NCBI GenBank assembly: GCA_041946735.1
Contig: JBHGAY010000060.1
Coordinates: 1-10,020, forward strand
Direction of reading: 5' to 3'
DNA: 10,020 nt
Source of the DNA: Candidatus Eiseniibacteriota bacterium
GTDB taxonomy: Bacteria; Eisenbacteria; RBG-16-71-46; CAIMUX01; VGJL01
Positions 1 to 7,558 of this stretch are shown piece by piece. Numbering within the stretch: position 1 is the stretch's first letter; the number at the start of each line of letters is the position of its first letter. The notes beneath the pieces were generated by a model, which worked only from the letters and a program-made list of their open reading frames with translations, searched no databases and was not told the origin of the DNA. The translations under genes were made by a program, and so were the position numbers.

Positions 1-60
1 GCACACGGAGGCACGACGTTTCCAGCGCGGTTCGTGCTCGTAGCGGCGATGAATCCCTGA
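1..60 (+). pseudogene. comM: Interrupted comM/YifB-family Mg-chelatase-like AAA+ ATPase (end of the 5' fragment, truncated by element insertion)
   Basis: Frame +1 translates AHGGTTFPARFVLVAAMNP* (TGA 58-60). This matches the conserved ComM/YifB motif FPARFxLVAAMNPCPCG, with the Cys codon TGY converted to TGA. Only 19 codons are visible. Confidence 0.85.
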
Positions 61-1558
61 AGTTGCGTTGCTTTTTTGCAGCGACTTCAGAAGGCGTAGG
101 GAGGTAAAGCATTTGGATATGGACGGTTCCGTTCCCGATGGTGATCCGCTCGACAAGCTGCTCGATGACGGCTCGTTTATCTTCGAAGGCGAGCTTGGGC
201 CAGCGGGTGGAGAGGTCCCGGGCGCCGGTGATGACTTCGTCTTTGGAGATGAGCTGGATCTTCAGGAAGTCGAGCTCGCCCTGCAGACGCGGCATTTCGT
301 CCTCGATCTGCTTCAGGCGCTCCTCAAGGGGGCGGTACTGCCGCCGGTAGCCGTCCATGCCCAGGGCGTCCTCCATGTAGGCCTTTTGGATCTTGTTCAT
401 GGACCGGACGACCTTCGCCTGCTCCTTGGCGAGCGCCGCAAGGCGCTCCTCACGGTCCTTGACCTGCTGATTGCCCTGGGCCAGGTGAGCGGTGAGTTCT
501 TTGGGATCGAGGAAGTAGTTCTTGAGCTCCTCGGCGAAGACGGCCTCGAGGTCGCCGGTCGGGATCTTGGTGCGGCACTTGTAGCAGACGTACTTCGGGG
601 TATTGGAGGGGACGTACATCTTCTGGTTCTCGCCGCAGGAACAGAAGACGACGCCCGTGAAGAGCTGCTTCGGCTTTCGGGCGAGGCGCTTGCCATTCCC
701 CCGATTGCCCTCGAGGATCGCGTTGACCTGGGTCCAGAGCTCTTCGGTGATCAAGGGTTCGACAGGGGTTAGGACCCATTCGCTGCGGTCCTTGAGCTTC
801 CAGTTCTTCTTTTCGCCCAGGGACTTCGTGTAGTTCGCCCTTCGGATCCCCTTGGCCGTCGTGTCGCGCAGAAGCCGGTCGATGGTCGTGTCGGTGAACT
901 TCGAGCCGTTCCGGGTCCGGTGGCCCCGCTCGTTCAAAAGCCGAGCGACGGTCTTCTTCCGCCGGTGCTCCAGGTAGAGCTCGTAGATCAGCTTCCGGAC
1001 CGGGGCTTCCTTGGGATCGGGGACCAAGTCCCGGTCGAGCCAGCGGTAGCCGAAGGGGGCGGCGCCGCCTAGGGGCTTGCCCAGCTTCGCGCGGATGGGG
1101 ACCGAGGCCGCCACCCGCTCGGAGATCTCCTCCCGCTCCCACTGCGCCATGGCGGCGATCATCGTGTAGAAGAGCCGCCCGGCCGGGGTCGAGGTATCGA
1201 TCGACTCGTGGAGGGAGACTAAGTCCGCGTCGCACTCCCGGAAGATGTCGGCAAAATCCAGAAGCTCGCGGGTATTCCGCGCGAGCCGGGCAAGCTTGGA
1301 GAAGATGAGCCCTGAGATGTGCCCGGCACGCACGTCTTTCAGCATCCGCTGGGTCTCGGGGTACCCCATGACGGACTTTCCCGACAGAGCCTCCAGGTGA
1401 TAGACCTCCCGGACCCGCCAGCCCTTGACCTCGGCGTACATGCGGGCGCGCTTCTCGTGGTGCTCGGGGCTCTCGCCCCTGGCCTGGTCCTCGGTCGAGA
1501 CCCGGATCCAGATGCCGACGGGCTTCACTTGTTCGCCGCGAGATCCCGTCTTCTTCAT
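2..1558 (-). CDS. Large serine recombinase/integrase (resolvase catalytic domain, recombinase domain, zinc ribbon, coiled coil); 3' end open at the window edge
   Basis: Manual translation from ATG 1558 (RBS AAAGGAG upstream): MKKTGSRGEQVKPVGIWIRVSTEDQARGESPEHHE, with catalytic RVS (Ser21). Further motifs are SGKS, SKLARLARN, ESIDTSTPAGRLFYTMIAAMAQWEREEISER, PFGY and the zinc ribbon FCSCG...YVCYKC, followed by a coiled coil. No stop down to position 2 (519 codons), so it is absent from the ORF track. Confidence 0.95.
   Translation of the reverse strand, partial: MKKTGSRGEQVKPVGIWIRVSTEDQARGESPEHHEKRARMYAEVKGWRVREVYHLEALSGKSVMGYPETQRMLKDVRAGHISGLIFSKLARLARNTRELLDFADIFRECDADLVSLHESIDTSTPAGRLFYTMIAAMAQWEREEISERVAASVPIRAKLGKPLGGAAPFGYRWLDRDLVPDPKEAPVRKLIYELYLEHRRKKTVARLLNERGHRTRNGSKFTDTTIDRLLRDTTAKGIRRANYTKSLGEKKNWKLKDRSEWVLTPVEPLITEELWTQVNAILEGNRGNGKRLARKPKQLFTGVVFCSCGENQKMYVPSNTPKYVCYKCRTKIPTGDLEAVFAEELKNYFLDPKELTAHLAQGNQQVKDREERLAALAKEQAKVVRSMNKIQKAYMEDALGMDGYRRQYRPLEERLKQIEDEMPRLQGELDFLKIQLISKDEVITGARDLSTRWPKLAFEDKRAVIEQLVERITIGNGTVHIQMLYLPTPSEVAAKKQRNFRDSSPLRARTALETSCLRV
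45..80. other. Hybrid attachment site (attL/attR-type junction) between host comM and the integrated element; crossover at or just before about 59
   Basis: comM coding similarity ends abruptly at ATGAATCCCTG|AAGTTGCG, directly at the 3' end of a large serine recombinase. The exact crossover dinucleotide cannot be fixed without the other end. Confidence 0.7.
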
Positions 1559-1562
1559 GTTT

Positions 1563-1569
1563 CTCCTTT
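1563..1569 (-). promoter_or_regulatory. Shine-Dalgarno sequence of the recombinase
   Basis: Minus strand reads AAAGGAGAAAC-ATG. Confidence 0.75.
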
Positions 1570-1601
1570 GAGGGATGGCGCCCGTCTTGTGGGGTAAGAC
1601 C

Positions 1602-2561
1602 TCAGGGCTTCATCTTTTCCCGAATCTTTGCGGCCTGGACCATGGCTGCTTCGGCAACCTTGAGGATGTCGTCCGACCAGCATGCCCGAGCCAAACCCAA
1701 GTTCTCAATCTCTCTTGCGACGAATGTGACTCTCCCATCCCCTGATGGTTCCACGAATACTCCGGATTGCCCAAGGTGGCCGACAACCATACCGAGGAAT
1801 CGAGGTTGTTGGATCTCCAGCAGAGCTGGTTTGGATGCCGGCGTCGTCACTCCCCCCGCCAGAAACACCGGACTTCCGCTATTGCCACCAAGAGAAACTC
1901 CGTCGATGAGGAACTCAGAACCGGAGCCTATGCGCGCGATCGACCCCGCCCGGAGTACAGGGAGAATTCCATCGGTTCCAGGTACATTGGGAAACCCCAA
2001 GAAGAAGACGCTCATCCCAAGCGTCACCTCCCGACGAGGGAGAGGGTAACCCTCACCAATCGATTTCACGCGAGCGACTTTGATCGGACCGCCGTCCAAC
2101 TCACCTCGCACACCAATAGTCAGAGGGAATGCCGCAATGTCGATCAGGCTGTCGGGATGTGTGGCGTACAACTTCGATCCATTATCGTCCAGTTGATATC
2201 TCGTGCGCAGCCTATCTCCCGCCAGCACCCAGCTTCTTTCATTCAAGACAACTTCGTTGGATCCTCGGGCACCCAACCATGCAATCAACTCCGAGTCAGC
2301 GGCCACCGAGACGAAGATTGACTTGCGCATGAGCAGGTGTGCCGCGGTAACCACGATGAGTGGATCACCAGGTGAATTCCCGATCTTCATCAGAAATCCC
2401 GTACCATGATATACAAACGAGTCGCCCATGACCTTCTCAAACAGGACAAGGCAATCAGGGGTACTAGGGTCCATGCCCACTCCATGCGCCGGCTTTATAC
2501 TAAGAGCCGCCGCGGATAGGCAGACGATTGCGATGATGGGTAACAGGCAGCAATGCTTCAT
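1602..2561 (-). CDS. Secreted trypsin-like (clan PA, S1-like) serine protease, 319 aa
   Basis: N-terminal signal peptide (MKH..LLPIIAIVCLSAAALSIKPAHG); GTGF; catalytic triad motifs VTAAH, IDIA and GGNSGSPV; also LGFP. The start overlaps the upstream gene's stop (ATGA, 2558-2561). Confidence 0.88.
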   Translation of the reverse strand: MKHCCLLPIIAIVCLSAAALSIKPAHGVGMDPSTPDCLVLFEKVMGDSFVYHGTGFLMKIGNSPGDPLIVVTAAHLLMRKSIFVSVAADSELIAWLGARGSNEVVLNERSWVLAGDRLRTRYQLDDNGSKLYATHPDSLIDIAAFPLTIGVRGELDGGPIKVARVKSIGEGYPLPRREVTLGMSVFFLGFPNVPGTDGILPVLRAGSIARIGSGSEFLIDGVSLGGNSGSPVFLAGGVTTPASKPALLEIQQPRFLGMVVGHLGQSGVFVEPSGDGRVTFVAREIENLGLARACWSDDILKVAEAAMVQAAKIREKMKP

Positions 2562-5500
2562 GTTTGTCTCCGAATCCTCTTCATTGTTTTCACTACTACG
2601 CCCGAAACAAGCCGTCGCCTCTCCATTCTCTCGCTATCATTCACCCCCTTGTAGCTCACCCTAACCTGATACCCCCGCACCGTCTTCGTCTTCCCCGAAG
2701 CCTCGGCCTCCAGGCTCTCGAGCACGGCGAACGCCTCTTCCGGAACACAGAAGTGGACCCGCTCGGCCTGCTCGGGAAGCTCCTCCGCCACGGCCGCCTT
2801 GACGGCTTTGAGCGTCTTCTTCTCGCTCGAGACGAGTACGGCCCGATCGAATCCCGCCGCCAGGCACTTCTGCAGGTTCCCGAGCTCGTGCGCCGGGTCG
2901 GTTGTCACCGCGACCTCGCAGGCGACGGTGTGCTCGCCTTTTCGGAGCGAGACGTCGACGCTGCCCAGGCCATCCAAGACCTTCTCTTCGATCGTCACCC
3001 GCCAGTCGTGGGCCTCGCCCCAGCGACGGATCAGCTCCTGAACGTACTTGTGCTGCTGGCCACCCCGGCCGGGAGAGCTCTCCTTCGGAATCCGGGCGGT
3101 CCGCTTCGCCGCTTCCCTGGAGACGGGCGGCCGAGCCTCGGCTGCTGTCTCTTGCTCAGGCGCCGGCGTCTGGACCGGTTCCTTTTCGATCGGCTCCGAA
3201 GCTCTCCGAGGCTCGCGGTGGGGCGCTGTGATCTGATCGCGCTCAGGTGCCGCTCGCTGAAGCTCGGCTTCGACCTCTGCGCGCGACCGGGCGTACTTCT
3301 CCCGCGATCGCGCGGTCGCCTGCTCGCGGCGGGCGGGCCCGGTCTCCGGGTCGACCTTGGGGAGGGGTGCGGTGTCGAGTGTGAAATCGCACTCGGATCG
3401 CTCGACCCGCGCGATCGCCTGCCCCGTGCCCAAGTTCTGCAGGTCCTTGGCCTCGAAGTGGGCAAAGCCGCTTTCCAGCGCCCGAGCATCCTGGTCCCCG
3501 ACCCGGAAGCAAATCCTCGTGTAGGGGTTCGAGAGCACGGAGTTCAAGACTTCCGGGCTGCGGCTGGAGAGCTGCCTGAGATCCTGGTGCGCGAGGATCA
3601 GTCCCAGCCGGTACTTCCGCGCCCCCGAGAGCACCTGCTCCATCGTCGGTGTGACGAAGTTCTGAAACTCATCGATGTAAAGATAGAACGGCCGGCGCTC
3701 GGACTCGGCCACCTCCTGCCGGGAGAGCGCGGTCTGCTGGAGCTTCGAGACCAGCAGCGAGCCCAACAGGTAGGCGTTCTCCTCGCCGATCGCTCCTTGC
3801 GAGAGCCGCGCTAAGAGGATCTTCCCCTGGTCCATGAGCGCGCGGAAGTCGAGGCGCTCGCCCTGTTGCGCCACCATGTAGCGCACGAGCTTCGGCCGCA
3901 AGAAGGTGTCCAGTCGCGTCAGGATCGAGCCTTGCGGCTGCCCTCGCAGGAGCGGGAACTCGTGCTGCCAGTAGTAGACGATCTCGGGATCTCGGACGGA
4001 GGACAAGAACTCCTCGCGGAAGCGCTTCTCGACTAAGAAGAGCCGAAGATCGACCAGGGTCCCGCCGCGATCGCTCTCCAAGAACGCGGCAATCGCATTG
4101 CCGAGGACCGAGGTCATCTGATCACCCCAGGACGTCGACAGTCGGCGGAAAACGGCGACAAGGTCTGAGGAGAGTAGCGTCCGTTCGAGCTCGGAGTGGG
4201 CCGAGAGGATGTTGAACCCGACCGGCCAGTCGGCGTCCGCGGGATTCAGGAGCACGACGTCGTCCAGACGGCCCTCGGGGAGAAACTCCAGGACCCGGTC
4301 GACGAGGTCCCCGTGGGGGTCGAGGACGGCGAGGCCCTCGCCGCGCGCCAGGTCCTGGAGGATCATGTTCAGAAGGAGTGTCGACTTGCCCGTCCCCGAA
4401 GCCCCAATCACGTACATGTGGCGCGAGCGCTGGTCGGGATTCAAGGCCACCGGCACCGCCTTGCCGGCGTGGGTGTTGCTCCCCAGGCCGACGCCTTCCC
4501 CCAGCACGATGGCCGGTGCGCCTCTGGTCTTTCGAGCCTGCCGGTGGAGCTTCTCGCTTCGCACGGATTCCGACGGCGGGTGGACGAGCCCCGCAAGCTC
4601 CTCGACGTTCAGGATCATGCCGGATCGCCGGGAGGCCCTTTCGAGCAGATCCGACTTGTGGTCTTCGGAGTCATAGTCGTCGTTCGAGAGGGGCAGGAGT
4701 TCGTTGCCCGCGGGATCGGAGAACGCTCGGAGGCTTCCGGTCAGCGCCCGGGCAAGCTCCCAGACCCGGCCAAGGTCGGGGCTTGCCACCGCGACTCGGA
4801 CGACCACGGCGTAGAGCGGGCTTGCGACCTTCTCCTTCGTCGCGGCCGTCAGCTCGGGCGCATCGAGGAAGAAGGGCTTGCCGTCCTCGTCCCGTGAAGA
4901 GCGCCAGAAACTGGCCGCCCACGGATGACGGACGGGCTGGAAGAGGACCTGGACCAGGCCCAGTTCCTTCGGCTCTAAGTCAGATAGCGCCGCAGTAATC
5001 CCGATCAGCGGATCGATGTCGAAGCTCCGGAAGGTCCGAAGCGGGAAGTGGACCTCCCGAGCAAGACCGAAGTCGACAATGAGCCGGAAGGCCTCGGGAT
5101 CCGACCAGAGCCCAGACAGGGGCTCTGCCGGCGTCACGACGAGATCCGGGAAGAAGGCCTTCAGCTGGCCGAGGAGGCCGTCCTCGGGGTCTCGGAAGGC
5201 CAGCCGGATCGCCACCTGGCTTTCCCGGCCGAGCACCTCGAACGCCAGGGGGGCGTGACCTGCCGGAAGGCCCACCAGGAAGCGTTCCACGGCCTCTCGC
5301 GGGACCTTGAAGGGCGGTGGGACGGCAAGAACGTACTCGGCGATCCGGCCGCCCGTCCGGGCTTCCTCGGGCTCAGGCTCCGCTTCGGCGTCTCGCACAT
5401 CCTCGAGGTCGGCTTCCGTTGGATTGCCCACGAGGAGCCGGCCGATTCCTCCAACCAAACGCGAGAGCAGGGTCGGGCGGAGACCGTCATCGAAGCCGAG

Positions 5501-5641
5501 ATCGGGAATCGGAGTCCCGTGGAAGCGGAAGGGGACGAACGGTGGCTCGAGGTCCACGGGCGTGTCGAAGAGGCGCCAACCCCGGCCGCGCCTCTCCCAC
5601 GCGTGGAACTGCTCCGTCAGGGCTTCGATCGAGTGGATCAC
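2558..5641 (-). CDS. VirD4/TrwB/TraG-like (FtsK-HerA superfamily) DNA-binding ATPase with a Pro/Glu/Arg-rich linker and a C-terminal PD-(D/E)XK-like domain, 1027 aa
   Basis: RHMYVIGASGTGKS (Walker A), VLDPHGDL, GFNIL, FYLYIDEFQNF (Walker B), ARKYRLGLILAHQ and FRVG..DA are coupling-protein motifs. The C-terminal GRGG..HKYVQ...EEKV...VDVSL...VACEVAVT resembles a restriction-endonuclease-like fold. GTG start. Confidence 0.88.
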   Translation of the reverse strand: MIHSIEALTEQFHAWERRGRGWRLFDTPVDLEPPFVPFRFHGTPIPDLGFDDGLRPTLLSRLVGGIGRLLVGNPTEADLEDVRDAEAEPEPEEARTGGRIAEYVLAVPPPFKVPREAVERFLVGLPAGHAPLAFEVLGRESQVAIRLAFRDPEDGLLGQLKAFFPDLVVTPAEPLSGLWSDPEAFRLIVDFGLAREVHFPLRTFRSFDIDPLIGITAALSDLEPKELGLVQVLFQPVRHPWAASFWRSSRDEDGKPFFLDAPELTAATKEKVASPLYAVVVRVAVASPDLGRVWELARALTGSLRAFSDPAGNELLPLSNDDYDSEDHKSDLLERASRRSGMILNVEELAGLVHPPSESVRSEKLHRQARKTRGAPAIVLGEGVGLGSNTHAGKAVPVALNPDQRSRHMYVIGASGTGKSTLLLNMILQDLARGEGLAVLDPHGDLVDRVLEFLPEGRLDDVVLLNPADADWPVGFNILSAHSELERTLLSSDLVAVFRRLSTSWGDQMTSVLGNAIAAFLESDRGGTLVDLRLFLVEKRFREEFLSSVRDPEIVYYWQHEFPLLRGQPQGSILTRLDTFLRPKLVRYMVAQQGERLDFRALMDQGKILLARLSQGAIGEENAYLLGSLLVSKLQQTALSRQEVAESERRPFYLYIDEFQNFVTPTMEQVLSGARKYRLGLILAHQDLRQLSSRSPEVLNSVLSNPYTRICFRVGDQDARALESGFAHFEAKDLQNLGTGQAIARVERSECDFTLDTAPLPKVDPETGPARREQATARSREKYARSRAEVEAELQRAAPERDQITAPHREPRRASEPIEKEPVQTPAPEQETAAEARPPVSREAAKRTARIPKESSPGRGGQQHKYVQELIRRWGEAHDWRVTIEEKVLDGLGSVDVSLRKGEHTVACEVAVTTDPAHELGNLQKCLAAGFDRAVLVSSEKKTLKAVKAAVAEELPEQAERVHFCVPEEAFAVLESLEAEASGKTKTVRGYQVRVSYKGVNDSERMERRRLVSGVVVKTMKRIRRQT

Positions 5642-5657
5642 GGGCTCTCGCCCCCGT

Positions 5658-5729
5658 TCACGTGACGATGGTTTCCAGAGTCGCGATGAGGAGCAGAATA
5701 GGCAAGCGGGAGAGGCAACACAACGGCAT
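5658..5729 (-). CDS. Candidate small hydrophobic peptide, 23 aa (MPLCCLSRLPILLLIATLETIVT)
   Basis: GGAGG lies 6 nt before ATG 5729 and the stop is TGA at 5660-5658. It fills the gap between the membrane-protein gene and the ATPase gene. Confidence 0.3.
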   Translation of the reverse strand: MPLCCLSRLPILLLIATLETIVT

Positions 5730-5776
5730 GTTGCCCCTCCCCGGGTTGGGCCACGAGCGGCCCGGGCGCGTTCCCC

Positions 5777-6439
5777 CTACTGGCGACTCAAGAGCTCGCT
5801 CAGGACGGGCTTCTCCTCCTCAGTGGTAAGGGCGCGGAGTCCCTTGCTCGCACGGAGGCCGCTGATCACCTCCTTGACCGCCGCCTCGACCTCGGCGCGG
5901 AACATCAGGGCCGTGTCGATCTGGTAGTACGTCGTCGGCCGGAAGATCGCCCGGTAGAGCGTGCCGACGACGGGAAGCATCATCACGGCTGACTCCAATC
6001 CTGGGCGGTTGCGGTGCGCAATACCGGCCACCAGCCACAAGACGAGAGGCAGCGTGAGCAGAGCGACGACCCCGCCGAGGATGGACTGCCAGCGACCGAT
6101 CACGTTCAGGACAAAGAACCCGGCGATGACGAGGAGGGCCATCCAGTCGACGAAGGTCGGCGGACGGATCGCGAGCCACCAGGAGAAGAAGTACCCCGTG
6201 CCGAAGGGAGCGGCGCAGATGTCGAAGACGATGTTGCGCCGCTGGACACGGAAGTACTCCCGATCGGCCGAAGCCACCCCGCCCTCCCGATACCGGATCC
6301 GTTGATACCCAATGTCGGGGACCTTACGGCGAGCGAGGGACTGCATCACCGCATCGTAGAAATCACCGGAGGAGGTGCGGAAATCTTCGAAGGACTGCTG
6401 CCAATGGGCGAGGACTTCGGGATAGGCTTGCCGAGACAT
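5777..6439 (-). CDS. Hypothetical membrane protein (about 220 aa; soluble N-terminal domain followed by 2-3 hydrophobic segments)
   Basis: The ORF track gives 5777..6517, but ATG 6439 (MSRQAYPEV) has a strong RBS (AAGGGAGGAACACTC-ATG). Sequence FDICAAPFGTGYFFSWWL is followed by hydrophobic stretches WMALLVIAGFFVLNVIG and ILGGVVALLTLPLVLWLVAGIA. Confidence 0.8.
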   Translation of the reverse strand: MSRQAYPEVLAHWQQSFEDFRTSSGDFYDAVMQSLARRKVPDIGYQRIRYREGGVASADREYFRVQRRNIVFDICAAPFGTGYFFSWWLAIRPPTFVDWMALLVIAGFFVLNVIGRWQSILGGVVALLTLPLVLWLVAGIAHRNRPGLESAVMMLPVVGTLYRAIFRPTTYYQIDTALMFRAEVEAAVKEVISGLRASKGLRALTTEEEKPVLSELLSRQ

Positions 6440-6517
6440 GAGTGTTCCTCCCTTTCTGACCCTTATCGCCTCGATCTTCGCAATCGATCCCCCCGGTTCT
6501 CCTCGATGGCTCGGCAC

Positions 6518-7546
6518 CTAGATCGAGTCGAGCCGAGAAGAATGAGAGAGTCCCCACCGGACCTGGGCGATCACCAGCACTCGGTCCGGCTCCTCTGCAG
6601 TCGCGAAACGGCTGCCAAACCCGGTGGAGATCCAGAGGCCCTCGGACGCTCGAAACTCCAAACCGGCGGACCATTTGCCGCTCGAGGCGTCCGCCGGTGC
6701 CCCCTTCTCTAAGTGCTCGATCCCAACAAGCTCGAGAAAGGCATTGGTGCTTCCCGAGCCTATGCGTGCCTGCCCGGCGTAGCGGAGGACGCCTTCCCGT
6801 GGTTGGGCGGCCTGGGCTTGCCGTTGGTCGAACTGCACCTGAGCCCGAAACTGCCCGTACTTCATCAGCGGCTGTGACCCCACGAGCCAGATGCTCGTGC
6901 CGAGCCACTCGGTGCGGTCAATCTCAGAGCGTTCAGCCCTCGCTCCTCCTGCCAGGCCTAACGAGAGCCTCCGGGCGTTCCAGTGCTCCTCGAACCAGGC
7001 GGCGCGCAGCTCCTCGCTCTTCTCGTCTAGGCACGACTGTGAGCTTCGTTCCCCAGGCAGCGCGGGCCGACAATCCGCGAACGCCTTGGCAAGCGCGGCC
7101 GTGAACCCCGGATCCCTCATCGGGTCGCCTTCATCGACCAGATTGACTCGAATTCCGACCGCCAGGTCCGTCGAAGCGCTGTCCCCAGAGGCTCGGGCCG
7201 TACCGACCGAGAGCTGGGTGGTCGCAAGCACGTAGGCGCTCCAACTCTTCTGATAGCGATCGAGATCGACGTTCAAGGCGGGAAGCAGCGTGGAGGGAGT
7301 GACATCGAGTGCAAAGCCTTGCTGGATCTCTCCGTGTTCTCCGACCGCATTCAGAAGCGTGACGGCCATATCCCGCGGCGACCCGGGTTGGGAGGCGGCC
7401 GTCGGCGAGACGCCGAGAAACGTGAAGGCCGGAGCGTCCGGGACGGCGTAGTCGACGACCGGTACATCCGCACCGGGTGCGACCGTCGCAGTGATGGCGA
7501 GTAGGACGAGTGCGAGCACGCACGGCAAGACGGAGTCGTTCCACAT
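6518..7546 (-). CDS. Exported hypothetical protein, probably an outer-membrane beta-barrel-like protein, 342 aa
   Basis: Signal peptide (VLPCVLALVLLAITATVAPGA); GGAGG RBS overlapping the upstream stop codon. The C-terminal half has alternating amphipathic strands (LSLGLAGG, SIWLVGS, FRAQVQF, WSAGLEF, LWISTGFG, VIAQVRWGL). Confidence 0.7.
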   Translation of the reverse strand: MWNDSVLPCVLALVLLAITATVAPGADVPVVDYAVPDAPAFTFLGVSPTAASQPGSPRDMAVTLLNAVGEHGEIQQGFALDVTPSTLLPALNVDLDRYQKSWSAYVLATTQLSVGTARASGDSASTDLAVGIRVNLVDEGDPMRDPGFTAALAKAFADCRPALPGERSSQSCLDEKSEELRAAWFEEHWNARRLSLGLAGGARAERSEIDRTEWLGTSIWLVGSQPLMKYGQFRAQVQFDQRQAQAAQPREGVLRYAGQARIGSGSTNAFLELVGIEHLEKGAPADASSGKWSAGLEFRASEGLWISTGFGSRFATAEEPDRVLVIAQVRWGLSHSSRLDSI

Positions 7547-7558
7547 GGCCCGCGCCTC

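Noticed and set aside
68..772. 234-aa + strand ORF, plus 450..1235 (-), 397..696 (-) and 1319..1597 (+)
   Set aside because: Antisense or off-frame shadows of the serine recombinase, which has clear family motifs in another frame.
1569..1604. Short inverted repeat GTCTT/AAGAC between protease and integrase as a terminator
   Set aside because: The stem is only about 5 bp and has no U-tract on the coding strand.
2564..5927. Long + strand ORFs (416, 233, 206, 205 aa and others)
   Set aside because: Antisense shadows of the high-GC ATPase gene, with no recognisable motifs.
6440..6517. N-terminal extension of the membrane protein given by the ORF track
   Set aside because: ATG 6439 has a strong RBS. 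The extension abuts the previous stop codon and looks non-coding.
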